Shown: positions 1 to 9,807 of the stretch, in pieces
Layout: the number at the start of each line of letters is the position of its first letter
Numbering within the stretch: position 1 is the first letter of the stretch
Source of the DNA: Thecamonas trahens ATCC 50062
Lineage: Eukaryota; Protista; Apusomonadida
Assembly (NCBI RefSeq): GCF_000142905.1
Contig: NW_013657661.1
Coordinates: 1 to 64,000 of the forward strand
Direction: 5' to 3'
Length of the DNA stretch: 64,000 bases
Position numbers and translations under genes: made by a program
Notes under the pieces: model-generated
The model's input: only the letters and a program-made list of their open reading frames with translations
Told to the model about the DNA's origin: nothing
Database searches by the model: none

Positions 1-751
1 TCGCCTGGCTAGGCGAGAGCGCGACTCGAGCCGCAGCCCACCTGTTTATGCTCGGGCCGCGCCCACCGCACACCGCGTCGACAACCGCCGCCCATGCCGC
101 CGCCATCGCGCCTTGTCCTGCGCCTACCGCCCATCGAGCATGCGTCCGCAGCAGTGTCTCCAGAGCTGCGTCGGCCTCTGCCTGCAGCATCCGCCCCATC
201 GCCACCATATCAGCCGCGGCGAGAGTCAGCCGAGTCGGCCCCGGCTCGTCAGCGGCACACCTCAGGACTGCAACGCCGACCGGGACCGCCACTGACGCCC
301 ACGGCGAGTTTCCCGACTCGTTCGCCGGACGTGAGGCACGCTTCAGCGTTGGTGCCAGCTTCATCAGCGCTACCACCACCATCAGCGTATCAGCCGGCTC
401 GCCGATGGCTCCAACCTGCGCCGCCGCCGCCGCCAGCGCCGGTCCCTCCTCGCGGATCAGATACCCCAGCGCCGCCCTCGCACTCACTTGCCGCACCGCC
501 GCCGCCGCAAGTGGCAGCACCACGCCTGCGAGTCCGTCCTCCGGGCCGAGGCGCCCAAGATGCGTGCCCAGATCGGCAAGGACGCCATCCGCCAGCTCGC
601 CGCTCCCCCTCGCCGCCGCCACCACATCGGCCAGCGGCCGTAGGGGGCCAGCCCGAGCGCGAGACCGCACAGCCATGAGCCCCACGTCGCAGCCGAGCCC
701 ACCGCCCCCGTCGGCAGCCGCAGCCCGCAACACAATGTCCCTTGCCTCCAT
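1..751 (-). CDS. Hypothetical Ala/Leu-rich helical protein, 3' end runs off the window start
   Basis: Manual translation from ATG at 751 (MEARDIVLRAAAADGGGGLGCDVGLMAVR...) stays open to position 1. The + strand ORF 48..935 looks like its antisense shadow. Confidence 0.6.
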   Translation of the reverse strand, partial: MEARDIVLRAAAADGGGGLGCDVGLMAVRSRARAGPLRPLADVVAAARGSGELADGVLADLGTHLGRLGPEDGLAGVVLPLAAAAVRQVSARAALGYLIREEGPALAAAAAQVGAIGEPADTLMVVVALMKLAPTLKRASRPANESGNSPWASVAVPVGVAVLRCAADEPGPTRLTLAAADMVAMGRMLQAEADAALETLLRTHARWAVGAGQGAMAAAWAAVVDAVCGGRGPSINRWAAARVALSPSQA

Positions 752-1763
752 GAAGTCGTGTGGCTGGTTAGCCAGCGGCTCCCTGCTCAACCAGGTTGAG
801 TCGCGACGGATCGAAACGACGGCCTCCGCCCTGACAACATCGCCTCCTTCTTGCCACGGCCATTCTCCTACAAGTTCTTTTCCTCACATCCGCACACCGC
901 ATACCAGCCATATTCATACTGCTCGCCAGTTATAGCCGTAGCGCGTGCTTGAACTCTGTTTTCCTCGTCTTTATCTCCTTCCCTTTTCGTCGACTTTGAA
1001 GTCATACTACAGCAGTTTGTTGATCTTGTCTCTCTCCGCTCTCCCAGCTCTCGCTGATCGCACCCTGCCGGCGGCTGCAAGTGCAGATAGCCTCACACAC
1101 ATCCACACCTTACCGTGCCCCCCCCATTGGTATCGTCGACCAGCCTGTCTCTCCACCATCGATGGCGATGCGCAAGTCGAGTCATCGACCCTTCTCCCGG
1201 CTTCGATACCACCTCTCGCCCAGCGTGGAATGAAGTTTCAATACCGCCCCCGTCGGCAGCCGCAGCCCGCAACACAATGTCCCTTGCCTCCATGAAGTCG
1301 TGTGGCTGGTTAGCCAGCGGCTCCCTGCTCAACCAGGTTGAGTCGCGACGGATCGAAACGACGGCCTCCGCCCTGACAACATCGCCTCCTTCTTGCCACG
1401 GCCATTCTCCTACAAGTTCTTTTCCTCACATCCGCACACCGCATACCAGCCATATTCATACTGCTCGCCAGTTATAGCCGTAGCGCGTGCTTGAACTCTG
1501 TTTTCCTCGTCTTTATCTCCTTCCCTTTTCGTCGACTTTGAAGTCATACTACAGCAGTTTGTTGATCTTGTCTCTCTCCGCTCTCCCAGCTCTCGCTGAT
1601 CGCACCCTGCCGGCGGCTGCAAGTGCAGATAGCCTCACACACATCCACACCTTACCGTGCCTCCCCATTGGTATCGTCGAACCGCCTGTCTCTCCACCAT
1701 CGATGGCGATGCGCAAGTCGAGTCATCGACCCTTCTCCCGGCTTCGATACCACCTCTCGCCCA
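701..1763. repeat. Tandem direct duplication of about 520 bp (701-1222 and 1243-1763) with a 20-bp spacer
   Basis: Near-identical copies at about 542 bp offset, with a few differences near 1108-1143 vs 1650-1684. Spacer 1223-1242 is gcgtggaatgaagtttcaat. Confidence 0.95.
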
Positions 1764-2614
1764 CTGCCACCTCCATCCATGGCAGGACCGTCATGTCGTC
1801 CTCATACCCGCCACCTCCTCCAACATGCTCTGTCTCCTTTTGCATGATACTGCACGAGATGTGGGAGTCCGCTGCCGATGAGCTCGGCTGCTCGGCGCCT
1901 ACCACCGACTTCTTCTCGTCTCATCCGGAGCTCACCTCTGCCTGCTTCGATCTTCTCTGCGCATGGGTCGAGTCGCACCACGAGGTAGCTAGCATCTCAC
2001 CTTGTTCGGGCATGCTCGTGGCGGCATCGGCCGCTGCTGCTGATGCGCTTGCTCTCGCGGTTGCCGCCGTTGCCGACTGCCCAGCGTGGACGGCGGCTGC
2101 GGCGGACCTCGTCGCGGCCCACGAGTTGCTACCTGCTCCGGGGAGCCTACCGCAGCCGTGCGGTTACCCTCGCGCAGCGGTGCCTGTGGCGATAATTCCA
2201 GGCGCGCCGAGCTGGCTGGCGCTGGCCGGCTTTGATCTTGCCGCCGCGCTCCCGCTCGTCCGCCTCTCCGCCGTCACCTGGGCCAAACAGCAGCGGAAGC
2301 ACCCGGACATCGGCCCGAGACTGTGGGCCTTTCTTCCACACATCCTGGATTCGTCGATGGTTGTGCACGAGGGCCGAAATGGCTACACCCGCCACTTGCT
2401 CTTCCTCCCACGGCTTCCACTCGATCGACCCGGCGGTCGCCACCCCTGGGAGCGATTCAAGGTTGTCGTCAAGGCTACGCTCGCCGGCGATCGCCTCTAC
2501 CTCCCCTCGTTCCACCGGCTCGACAACGACGAGCTGCCGGTCATTGCCGCCGCCGGCATCATTTTGCGCCACGGCCCGCATCATCACTTTTACTCGTCGT
2601 ACGAGCTGTGCTGA
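1703..2614 (+). CDS. Protein with C-terminal phage MuF-associated PBECR-like (BECR/RelE-fold) putative nuclease domain; start may be 1703 or 1793
   Basis: The C-terminal pattern VPVAIIP...VRLSAVTWAKQQRKHPDI...LPHILD...LLFL...FKVVVKATLAGDRLYLPSFHRL...GIILR matches the recalled consensus of PBECR domains at the C-termini of phage head-morphogenesis proteins. Confidence 0.6.
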   Translation: MAMRKSSHRPFSRLRYHLSPTATSIHGRTVMSSSYPPPPPTCSVSFCMILHEMWESAADELGCSAPTTDFFSSHPELTSACFDLLCAWVESHHEVASISPCSGMLVAASAAAADALALAVAAVADCPAWTAAAADLVAAHELLPAPGSLPQPCGYPRAAVPVAIIPGAPSWLALAGFDLAAALPLVRLSAVTWAKQQRKHPDIGPRLWAFLPHILDSSMVVHEGRNGYTRHLLFLPRLPLDRPGGRHPWERFKVVVKATLAGDRLYLPSFHRLDNDELPVIAAAGIILRHGPHHHFYSSYELC

Positions 2615-2909
2615 TGCAGCGTCATGGATCCCGTCTCGAACCAGGCGAAGCTCCCACGCCCCACCAACCTCCATCACAAGCATCATCATGCCTACCCCTC
2701 TCCTCCCAAACAATCTCCTCCCCCACAACCTCCGAGGATGGGCCCAGGCTAGGGGGGGGGTTGAGGCCAACCCACGCGTGTTCACTCGCATCAACTATTT
2801 TTGTTGCGCATCAAGCCGTAACCTTTTTTGCCACAAAACTGCGCCACCCTCGCCCGCACTCTTCTCACACGCTCTTATCTCCACACGCCATCAACTGTAC
2901 CAGATCGGT

Positions 2910-4499
2910 ATGAACAATCCGCTTGCGCTTCTTGTGGCTCTCACGCTGCTTGTGACTCTTGTCGCTGCCCGGCCTGTGGCGCAGTGCCCGTCAGCGCTGC
3001 GCGACCGCGACTGCGGCGCGTGTGTCTCGTCGTTTACCGACAATGGGCCTTGCCACTTTTGCAAGCCAGTCGGCAACGATCCCGCCCGCTGCTATGCTAG
3101 CGGGACGTACTCGTGCAACTTGCCGGTCACCAACTCGACGCGGGCGCAGTGCCCACGCTCGCCGCCGCCGCCGCCACCGGGATGCAACCCGGACGCATCG
3201 TGCCCGCCGTCCCCGCCGTGCGCCGCCGGCGTCCTTCCGACCCGCTCGGCTGAGCCAAACTGCTGTCTCTCATGCCGTCCGCCGTGCGAGGGCCAGGGCC
3301 TCCGTCCCGCGTCGGGCGCAACGACCTGCGCTCCCGGCGTCCAGCCGACGATCGACACTTCGGCCTGCACCGTTTCGTGCACTCGGCCGCCGATCTGCAA
3401 CGCGACCGCCTCGATTCCGCCGTGCTCCGCCTCGACGCCGCCGACGATTGACACCCGCTCTGGATGCCCGTCGTGCCGGCTCGCCGGTGGCGAGCTTGCT
3501 TGCCGGTCGTCGACGTGTTCGATGAGCCAGTGCGCGGCCAACACCGAGCCGTCGCCGGACTCGGGCAACCTGTGCTGCCTCACCTGCCGCCCGCGGCCGC
3601 GGTGCGATCCCAAGCAGTGCGAGGCATCGTTTGACATGCTCCGCGCCTGCGACGCCGGTGAAGAGCCGATCTTTGAGTCGGACTCGTGCTGCCCGTCGTG
3701 CCGCATCCAGGACGCCGATGCAGTGCTTCCGGCTCCCGACGGGACGTGCACTCGCGAGCAGCGTGCGGCGTGCGCGTCGGCGCGCCCGATGTGCGAGCCA
3801 ACCGAGACGCCGGTCTTTGCTCGCGGCTCGGCGTGCTGTGCCACCTGCCGTCGCCCGCTGGCCACCTGCTCTCTCGACGACGTCGCCGCCTGCGCCACCA
3901 CCATCCGCGACTGCGAGGACGGCGAGGAGTCTGTCATGCTCAAGGAGTCTTGCTGCCCGTCGTGCAAGCCGGCCGCGCCATCGTGCGCCCCGGCGTGCGA
4001 CGAGTCATCTCAGATCTGCGGCCTCCGCGCCAACGCCACCTCGACCGCCCCGACCTGCCTCAACGTTGACTCGGTCACCTTTGAGATCGAGGGCACCACG
4101 CCTGCTGCCAACACCGTCCTCTCCCAGTTTGCTGTCGACAACGTCCGCGCCCTCCTTCTCGAGCTTGTGGACCGCTATTGTGACGCCGTCGACAACATCG
4201 ACGTCTGCGCCGTCTACCGCGATGCCGTCGTCACGTCCGCCCGCTGCGCCCTCAACTCGGCCGCCGGCGCTACCCCGATCCAGGTCACCTGCAAGGTTCC
4301 TTCTGCCCGTACTCGCTCGGCCACCTCGTCAGCCACCTTCCTGGAGGCTGCCACCACCTCGGACTCGTCCGACTACCGCGTCACCGTCGCGTCCGGCCCA
4401 TCGTCGACCACCTCGTCCGCCGCCGCCCTCTCCCCGGCCACCCGCCATGCCATCGCTGGCCTTGCCGTCGCCACTGCCGCCGTCCTCACCGCAATCTAG
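2910..4499 (+). CDS. Secreted, probably GPI-anchored Cys-rich repeat surface protein
   Basis: Signal peptide MNNPLALLVALTLLVTLVAA; repeated C-x2-G/E-x2-P...CC-x-[ST]C units; Ser/Thr-rich spacer followed by a hydrophobic C-terminus. Confidence 0.8.
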   Translation: MNNPLALLVALTLLVTLVAARPVAQCPSALRDRDCGACVSSFTDNGPCHFCKPVGNDPARCYASGTYSCNLPVTNSTRAQCPRSPPPPPPGCNPDASCPPSPPCAAGVLPTRSAEPNCCLSCRPPCEGQGLRPASGATTCAPGVQPTIDTSACTVSCTRPPICNATASIPPCSASTPPTIDTRSGCPSCRLAGGELACRSSTCSMSQCAANTEPSPDSGNLCCLTCRPRPRCDPKQCEASFDMLRACDAGEEPIFESDSCCPSCRIQDADAVLPAPDGTCTREQRAACASARPMCEPTETPVFARGSACCATCRRPLATCSLDDVAACATTIRDCEDGEESVMLKESCCPSCKPAAPSCAPACDESSQICGLRANATSTAPTCLNVDSVTFEIEGTTPAANTVLSQFAVDNVRALLLELVDRYCDAVDNIDVCAVYRDAVVTSARCALNSAAGATPIQVTCKVPSARTRSATSSATFLEAATTSDSSDYRVTVASGPSSTTSSAAALSPATRHAIAGLAVATAAVLTAI

Positions 4500-4653
4500 C
4501 GCTCAGCCGGCATCCTCTCTTCCATCGGCCCCATCAGCTACCGCCATCAAATTCTGCATCTCATGTCATTCCAAGCTGCCCGCTTTGCCGCCCCCCGCCC
4601 CGCCCCACCGCTACCCCCACCGCCACACTTCGCTCATCGTCACCCTCACCACC

Positions 4654-5823
4654 ATGGCCGTCTACCTCGACTACAACGCATCCACACCGCTGTGCGCCGA
4701 GGCGCGGACAGCCATGTCGGCCTTCCTTGCCGAGAGCAGCCACATGTCACTGTGCGGCAACCCGTCGTCGAGCCATGGCTATGGCACTGCTGCCGCGGGT
4801 GTGGTAGACTCGGCGCGCGCGTCGGTGGCGGCCATGCTTGGCGTACCCGACGCTCGCGACTCGATTGTCTTTACATCGGGCGGGACAGAGGCCAACAACT
4901 GGGCCATCAAGGGCCTGCTGCCGCATCTGACCGCCTCGGGCAAGACCCATGTCGTGACCTCCAACGTCGAGCATCCGGCCGTTGAAGTCGTCCTCGCGTC
5001 GCTCGAGGCCGCAGGCGCGTTGACCGTCACCCGTGTGGCTGTCGATGCCCACGGCTGCGTCTCGGCCGATGCAGTCGACGCAGCTCTCCGACCAGAGACG
5101 GGCCTTGTCACCCTCATGCTTGCCAACAACGAGATCGGGAGTCTCAACCCGCTGCAGGCCATCGCCGAGCTCTGCGCCGCCCGCGGCATCATCGTCCACA
5201 CTGACGCGTCGCAGGCTGTGGGCAAGATCCCCGTCGACGTCTCCTCGCTCGGCGTGGACCTGCTCACTGTCGCCGGCCACAAGCTGTACGCACCCAAGGG
5301 CATCGGCGCGCTGTACATTGCGCCGCAACTCGGGCCGCTCCTCGAGCCGCTCATGCACGGCGCCGGCCACGAGCGCGGCCGCCGTGCCGGTACCGAGGCT
5401 ACGCTGCTGCTGGCGGGCCTTGGCGCGGCGGCGCAGGCGGTTGTCGACCACCTCGAAGACCGGGCAGCGCACATGGCCGCGACCCGCGACATGCTGTGGA
5501 CTACGCTCGTTACCGAGCTCGAGGCTGTCGAGCTTGTGCGCAACTCGCCTGCATCCGGCCTGCCAAACACGCTCTCGGTCTCGTTCCCGGACGTGCTTGC
5601 ATCGGATCTGCTTGAAGCGGTGCGTGATGAGGTGGCTGCATCCGCCGGTGCGGCGTGCCACGCCGGCGAAGTCACCATCTCGCGCGTCATTGCCGCTATC
5701 GGCGTCCCCGACAAATGGGCGCGCGGCACGCTTCGGCTCTCTACCGGCCTGTACCTCACTGAGGACGAGGCGGCAGCGGCAGGGCGGGCGCTGGCACACG
5801 GGTACCGGGCGCTGCAAGCGTAA
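4654..5823 (+). CDS. Group I cysteine desulfurase / selenocysteine lyase-like PLP enzyme (aminotransferase class V)
   Basis: Motifs VYLDYNASTP, FTSGGTEANN, EHPAV, ANNEIG, HTDASQAVGK, GHKLYAPKG (PLP Lys), SAGAACH (catalytic Cys). No N-terminal presequence. Confidence 0.93.
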   Translation: MAVYLDYNASTPLCAEARTAMSAFLAESSHMSLCGNPSSSHGYGTAAAGVVDSARASVAAMLGVPDARDSIVFTSGGTEANNWAIKGLLPHLTASGKTHVVTSNVEHPAVEVVLASLEAAGALTVTRVAVDAHGCVSADAVDAALRPETGLVTLMLANNEIGSLNPLQAIAELCAARGIIVHTDASQAVGKIPVDVSSLGVDLLTVAGHKLYAPKGIGALYIAPQLGPLLEPLMHGAGHERGRRAGTEATLLLAGLGAAAQAVVDHLEDRAAHMAATRDMLWTTLVTELEAVELVRNSPASGLPNTLSVSFPDVLASDLLEAVRDEVAASAGAACHAGEVTISRVIAAIGVPDKWARGTLRLSTGLYLTEDEAAAAGRALAHGYRALQA

Positions 5824-5909
5824 AGCCCCCGGTGCTGCGCAAGAGAGTGCGAGAGAAAGAGGATCATGACGGGTGCAAAATGGCGTTTGTTTGGCTTGGG
5901 CTTTCTCCA

Positions 5910-8499
5910 CTACAAAGTCTTCTTGATAAAGTTGAGGGCGGAGCCGGCCTTGAACCACTCGATCTGGTCGGCGTTGAGCGTGTGGTCGGCCTTGATCTCA
6001 AACGACTCACCGTTGGCGCGAGTGACCTTGATGGTCACCTGGTCCTCGGGAGCGAGGGCGTTGAGGCCGACGACCGAGATGCGGTCGTCAGCAGCGAGCT
6101 TGTCGTAGTCGGCCGCGTCGGCAAAGGTGAGCGGGAGCATGCCCATCTTCTTGAGGTTGGTCTCGTGGATGCGGGCAAACGACTTGGCGAGCGCGACCTT
6201 GCCGCCGAGGAACCGCGGCTGCAGGGCGGCATGCTCGCGCGACGAGCCCTCGCCGACGTTGTCGCCGCCGACAAAGATCCAGTCGACGCCGTTGTCGCGG
6301 TAGGCCTTGGCGACCTCGGGGATGGCGCCGGTCTCGCCGGTCAGCTGGTTGGTGGCCTCGTTGACCTTGCCGTCCTTGTTGGTCACGCCAATGTATGTGT
6401 TGTTGGCGATGTTCTCGAGGTGGCCGCGGTAGCGGAGCCACGGGCCGGCGGCCGAGATGTGGTCGGTGGTGACCTTGCCCTTGGCAAGGACGAGGATGGG
6501 CATGTCCTCAAAGTCGGCACCCGACCACGGCTGGAACGGCTCGAGGAGCTGAAGGCGCTCCGAGTCCGGAGCAACAATGACCTCGACGTCGTCGGGGTTC
6601 TCGGCAGGCGCCTGGTACATGTTGCGCCCCGTGACAAAGCCGCCCGGCGGGAGCTCGGGGCCCTGCGGCGCCTCAAACTTGAACGAGCCGTCGACCGTGC
6701 CGTTGATCGGGTCAAAGAACTTGCCCGAGAAGGCCATGGCCACACAGACCTCCGGCGAGGTGACAAAGGCGTGCGTCTCGGGGTTGCCGTCGTTGCGCCC
6801 AGTAAAGTTACGGTTGTACGAGGTCACGATCGAGTTGGGGCCCTCCACGTCGCGGTCCCACTGGCCGATGCACGGCCCGCACGCGTTGGCGAGGACCTTG
6901 CCGCCAGCAGCCTCAAAGATCTCCACAAGGCCCTCGGCCTCGATGGTGGCGCGGACCTGCTCCGAGCCGGGCGTGATGAGGAACGGCACCTTGGACTTGA
7001 CGCCGGCGTCGAGCGCCTGCTGCGCGAGCGACGCCGCCCGCGACATGTCCTCAAAGCTCGAGTTGGTGCACGAGCCGATGAGCGAGGCCGAGACCTCGAC
7101 CGGCCACCCGTTGGCCTCGGCGCGCTCGGCGATCTGCGAGACCGGCGTAGCGAGGTCCGGCGTGAACGGGCCGTTGAGCATGGGCTCGAGCTCGGAAAGG
7201 TTGATCTCGATGACCTGGTCGTACGGCGCGCCCTCGTCGGCCTTGAAGAACCCGACCTCGTCGTTGAACCGCGAGACAACGTCCGCCACAGAGCCGCGGT
7301 TCGTCGCGTGCAGGTACCGCAGCGTCGAGTCCGTGACCGGGAAGACCGACGTCGTCGCGCCAATCTCCGCACCCATGTTGGTGATGGTGCCCATGCCCGT
7401 TGCCGAAATCGAGTTGACGCCCTCGCCAAAGTACTCCACAACCGCGCCGGTGCCGCCCGAGACCGTGAGGATGTCGGCAACCTTGAGGATGACGTCCTTG
7501 GCCGACGACCATCCGTTGAGCTCGCCGGTCAGGTGCACGCCGATGACCTTGGGCGTCTTGAGGACCCACGGGAGGCCGACCATCGCGTCGAGCGCATCGG
7601 CACCGCCCACACCAACAGAGAACGAGCCAATGCCACCGCCGTTGACAGTGTGCGAGTCGGTCCCGATCACGAGCATACCCGGAATAATCAGGTTCTCCAG
7701 CGCGACCTGATGGATGATGCCGGCGCCGGGCTTGTAAAAGTGCATGCCAAACTTCTTGGCAGCCGAGCTGAGAAAGTCGAACACCTCCTTGTTCTCCTCC
7801 ATCCCGCGCGAGAGGTCCGACTCGGCGCCGTCGCGCGCCTGGATGAGGTGGTCACAGTGGATCGAGGTCGGGACAGCAACCGTGGGGAGGCCGGCAGAAA
7901 TAAACTGCAGCGTGGCCATCTGCGCCGTCGCGTCCTGCAGGATGACACGGTCCGGGTTGAGGTCCAGGAACGACTTGCCACGCACAATCTCGCCAGACTC
8001 GGGGTGCACCATGTGCGAGTACAGCAGCTTCTCAGACTGCGTCAGCGGCCGGTTCAGCCGCTCACGCACCACAGTCAGCTTGTCGTTAAGCGCTCCGTAG
8101 TCGAGCGTCTTGCCGCCGTCGACGTTGGAGAGAGGGACGGCGTTGGACGCCGCACGCGCGAGCGCCACCGGGAGCGCCTAAACTCTCTCGCCACCACAAG
8201 CACACACACACCGACACGCACACACACACATACACACACACATATATATATGTAGCTTCGTGAGTAACCTCCGTTGCTCCTCACAGCCTGGGACAAGGGC
8301 GAGTGGCAGGCGGCCAAAGAGGGAAAGTTCGGTCGGTCGGGTGATGGGGGCGACGCGACACACATTCTTTGCCCGCACCGCCCGCCCACCCATGCATACA
8401 CTGACGGCCACAGCACACTGTACAGCACACTTGCCATGCCTCACACACTGCTATTGTATGTCGTACCTTGGAAACAGCACGCGTCGAGAAGCTCAGCAT
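5910..8499 (-). CDS. ACO2: Mitochondrial aconitate hydratase, 2 exons (intron 8178-8466)
   Basis: Motifs QDATAQMA, HCDHLI, GTDSHT, IGSCTNSS, ACGPCIGQW, SYNRNF, TTDHIS, GSSREHAA. Exon 1 (MLSFSTRAVSK, 8467-8499) joins in frame via GTACGA...TTTAG and gives a mitochondrial presequence. Confidence 0.96.
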
Positions 8500-8889
8500 G
8501 TTGAGTTGGGTGGCTCAAGCCTGGCGACCTCTCCTCTGCTCCCCCCTCTCTTCGCCTCTTTGCCTCGCTTTACTGGCCATGGTTGGGCAGCGGCAAATTT
8601 TTTGTTTGTCCGCCCGCTGCCTCGCCGCTCCTGGCCTCCTGGGTAGCACACAGCCGATGCGCAACATGGCTGCAGCCTGTCTGCAGTACCCACGCTCTTG
8701 TATCGGATGGGGTGAGTTGCGGTGGGCGCAGATCTGCGACAGAGCCGGATCAGACGCCGACTAGGAGGACGTCACGTCGCCGCCGCCGCACAGTTGTTCC
8801 GCGCGACCTACATCTTGCGACGCCCCTCCGACAAGCCGGGAGAAGCACGGGCGAATCAGTCGAGGCAGAAGAAGTGACACGGGGCTCCG

Positions 8890-9687
8890 TCAGCTCGCGC
8901 CAAACACCACCCGCCAGCCGCGATCCCTCACCCGCCGACGTGGAATCGCTGTCTTTGGGTTGCTCGCGCCATGCCCGCGACGCCAGGCGCGGAGCCAGCG
9001 GCTGAGGCCGAGACCACCAATCGCGAGGCGGACGACGAGGAGAGTGAGGAGGGTGAGCGGGAGCCAGAGCGCGATGAGCGGCAGCGCGAGGATGTGCATG
9101 CCCTCCAGCTCAGCGCAGGAGGGCGGCCGAACGAGCGCGCGGACGTGGTAGCCACACTCGAGGTAGCCGTAGCCCGAGATCGCGAGCGCGTAGCTCGCGC
9201 CGAGCCAGAGAAAGACGACAAAACGGACAAAGACGGTGTGATTGGAGGCGTCGACGCAGCGATTGAGAAAGACGCAGTGGTGATCGCGCTCCGGCACCGC
9301 GTCCAGCCCGCACTCGCGGCAGGCGTCAACCCATGCCGGCTCCCAACCCGCCTCCCGACCGCCATCAGGCGACGGCGGAAAGAGGGCGGCAACGAGGTTG
9401 CGGATGATGCCGGCAAAGAGAACCAGGCCGAGAGCAGACAGCGCCATCTCTGCCACATGCCCCGAGACAACATTTTGCTCCGCTGCCACATACGGCGCAA
9501 AGACTGCCCAGAGCAGGCCGATGCCCATGTGCGGCAGCGCCGCAAGGAGGGCCATCAGCATATAGCCGGCCGATCGCTGGGCCCTGCGGCCGATGCCGAG
9601 CCGTGGACACACCGCATGCAAGCCGTCGAGCACCAGCGGCGACGCCGCCACCACCACCAGCACGCCCACCACCAGCGGAAGGTTCAT
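8890..9687 (-). CDS. DHHC palmitoyl (S-acyl) transferase
   Basis: CRECG...PERDHHCVFLNRCVDASNHTVFVRF flanked by transmembrane helices. Confidence 0.88.
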   Translation of the reverse strand: MNLPLVVGVLVVVAASPLVLDGLHAVCPRLGIGRRAQRSAGYMLMALLAALPHMGIGLLWAVFAPYVAAEQNVVSGHVAEMALSALGLVLFAGIIRNLVAALFPPSPDGGREAGWEPAWVDACRECGLDAVPERDHHCVFLNRCVDASNHTVFVRFVVFLWLGASYALAISGYGYLECGYHVRALVRPPSCAELEGMHILALPLIALWLPLTLLTLLVVRLAIGGLGLSRWLRAWRRGHGASNPKTAIPRRRVRDRGWRVVFGAS

Positions 9688-9807
9688 GAGCCACAAATAG
9701 ATGACGTGGGAGAGTGTATAGGGTGGAGTGCGTCAAAGTGAGGTCAACTACGAGCCCTGTGCCCTGGCCGGAGCCGAGGTGAGCACCACCCGAGGTGAGC
9801 AGCAGCC

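Noticed and set aside
1223-1250. GTTTCAAT at the duplication junction resembles the end of a CRISPR repeat
   Set aside because: It occurs once, with no repeat-spacer array and no cas genes, in a eukaryotic context.
701-1763. Direct repeats as LTRs of a retroelement
   Set aside because: Only 20 bp separate the copies; there are no TG...CA ends, target-site duplication or gag/pol, and the unit contains host gene starts.
3631-4653. N-terminal extension of the desulfurase ORF (730 aa in the ORF track)
   Set aside because: It overlaps the Cys-rich gene in another frame and is low-complexity. Homology starts at ATG 4654.
5832-8255. Long + strand ORF (807 aa) and similar antisense ORFs such as 48-935, 10665-12152 and 53344-54654
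   Set aside because: These are antisense shadows of real genes, produced by high GC3 codon bias; they have no independent motifs.
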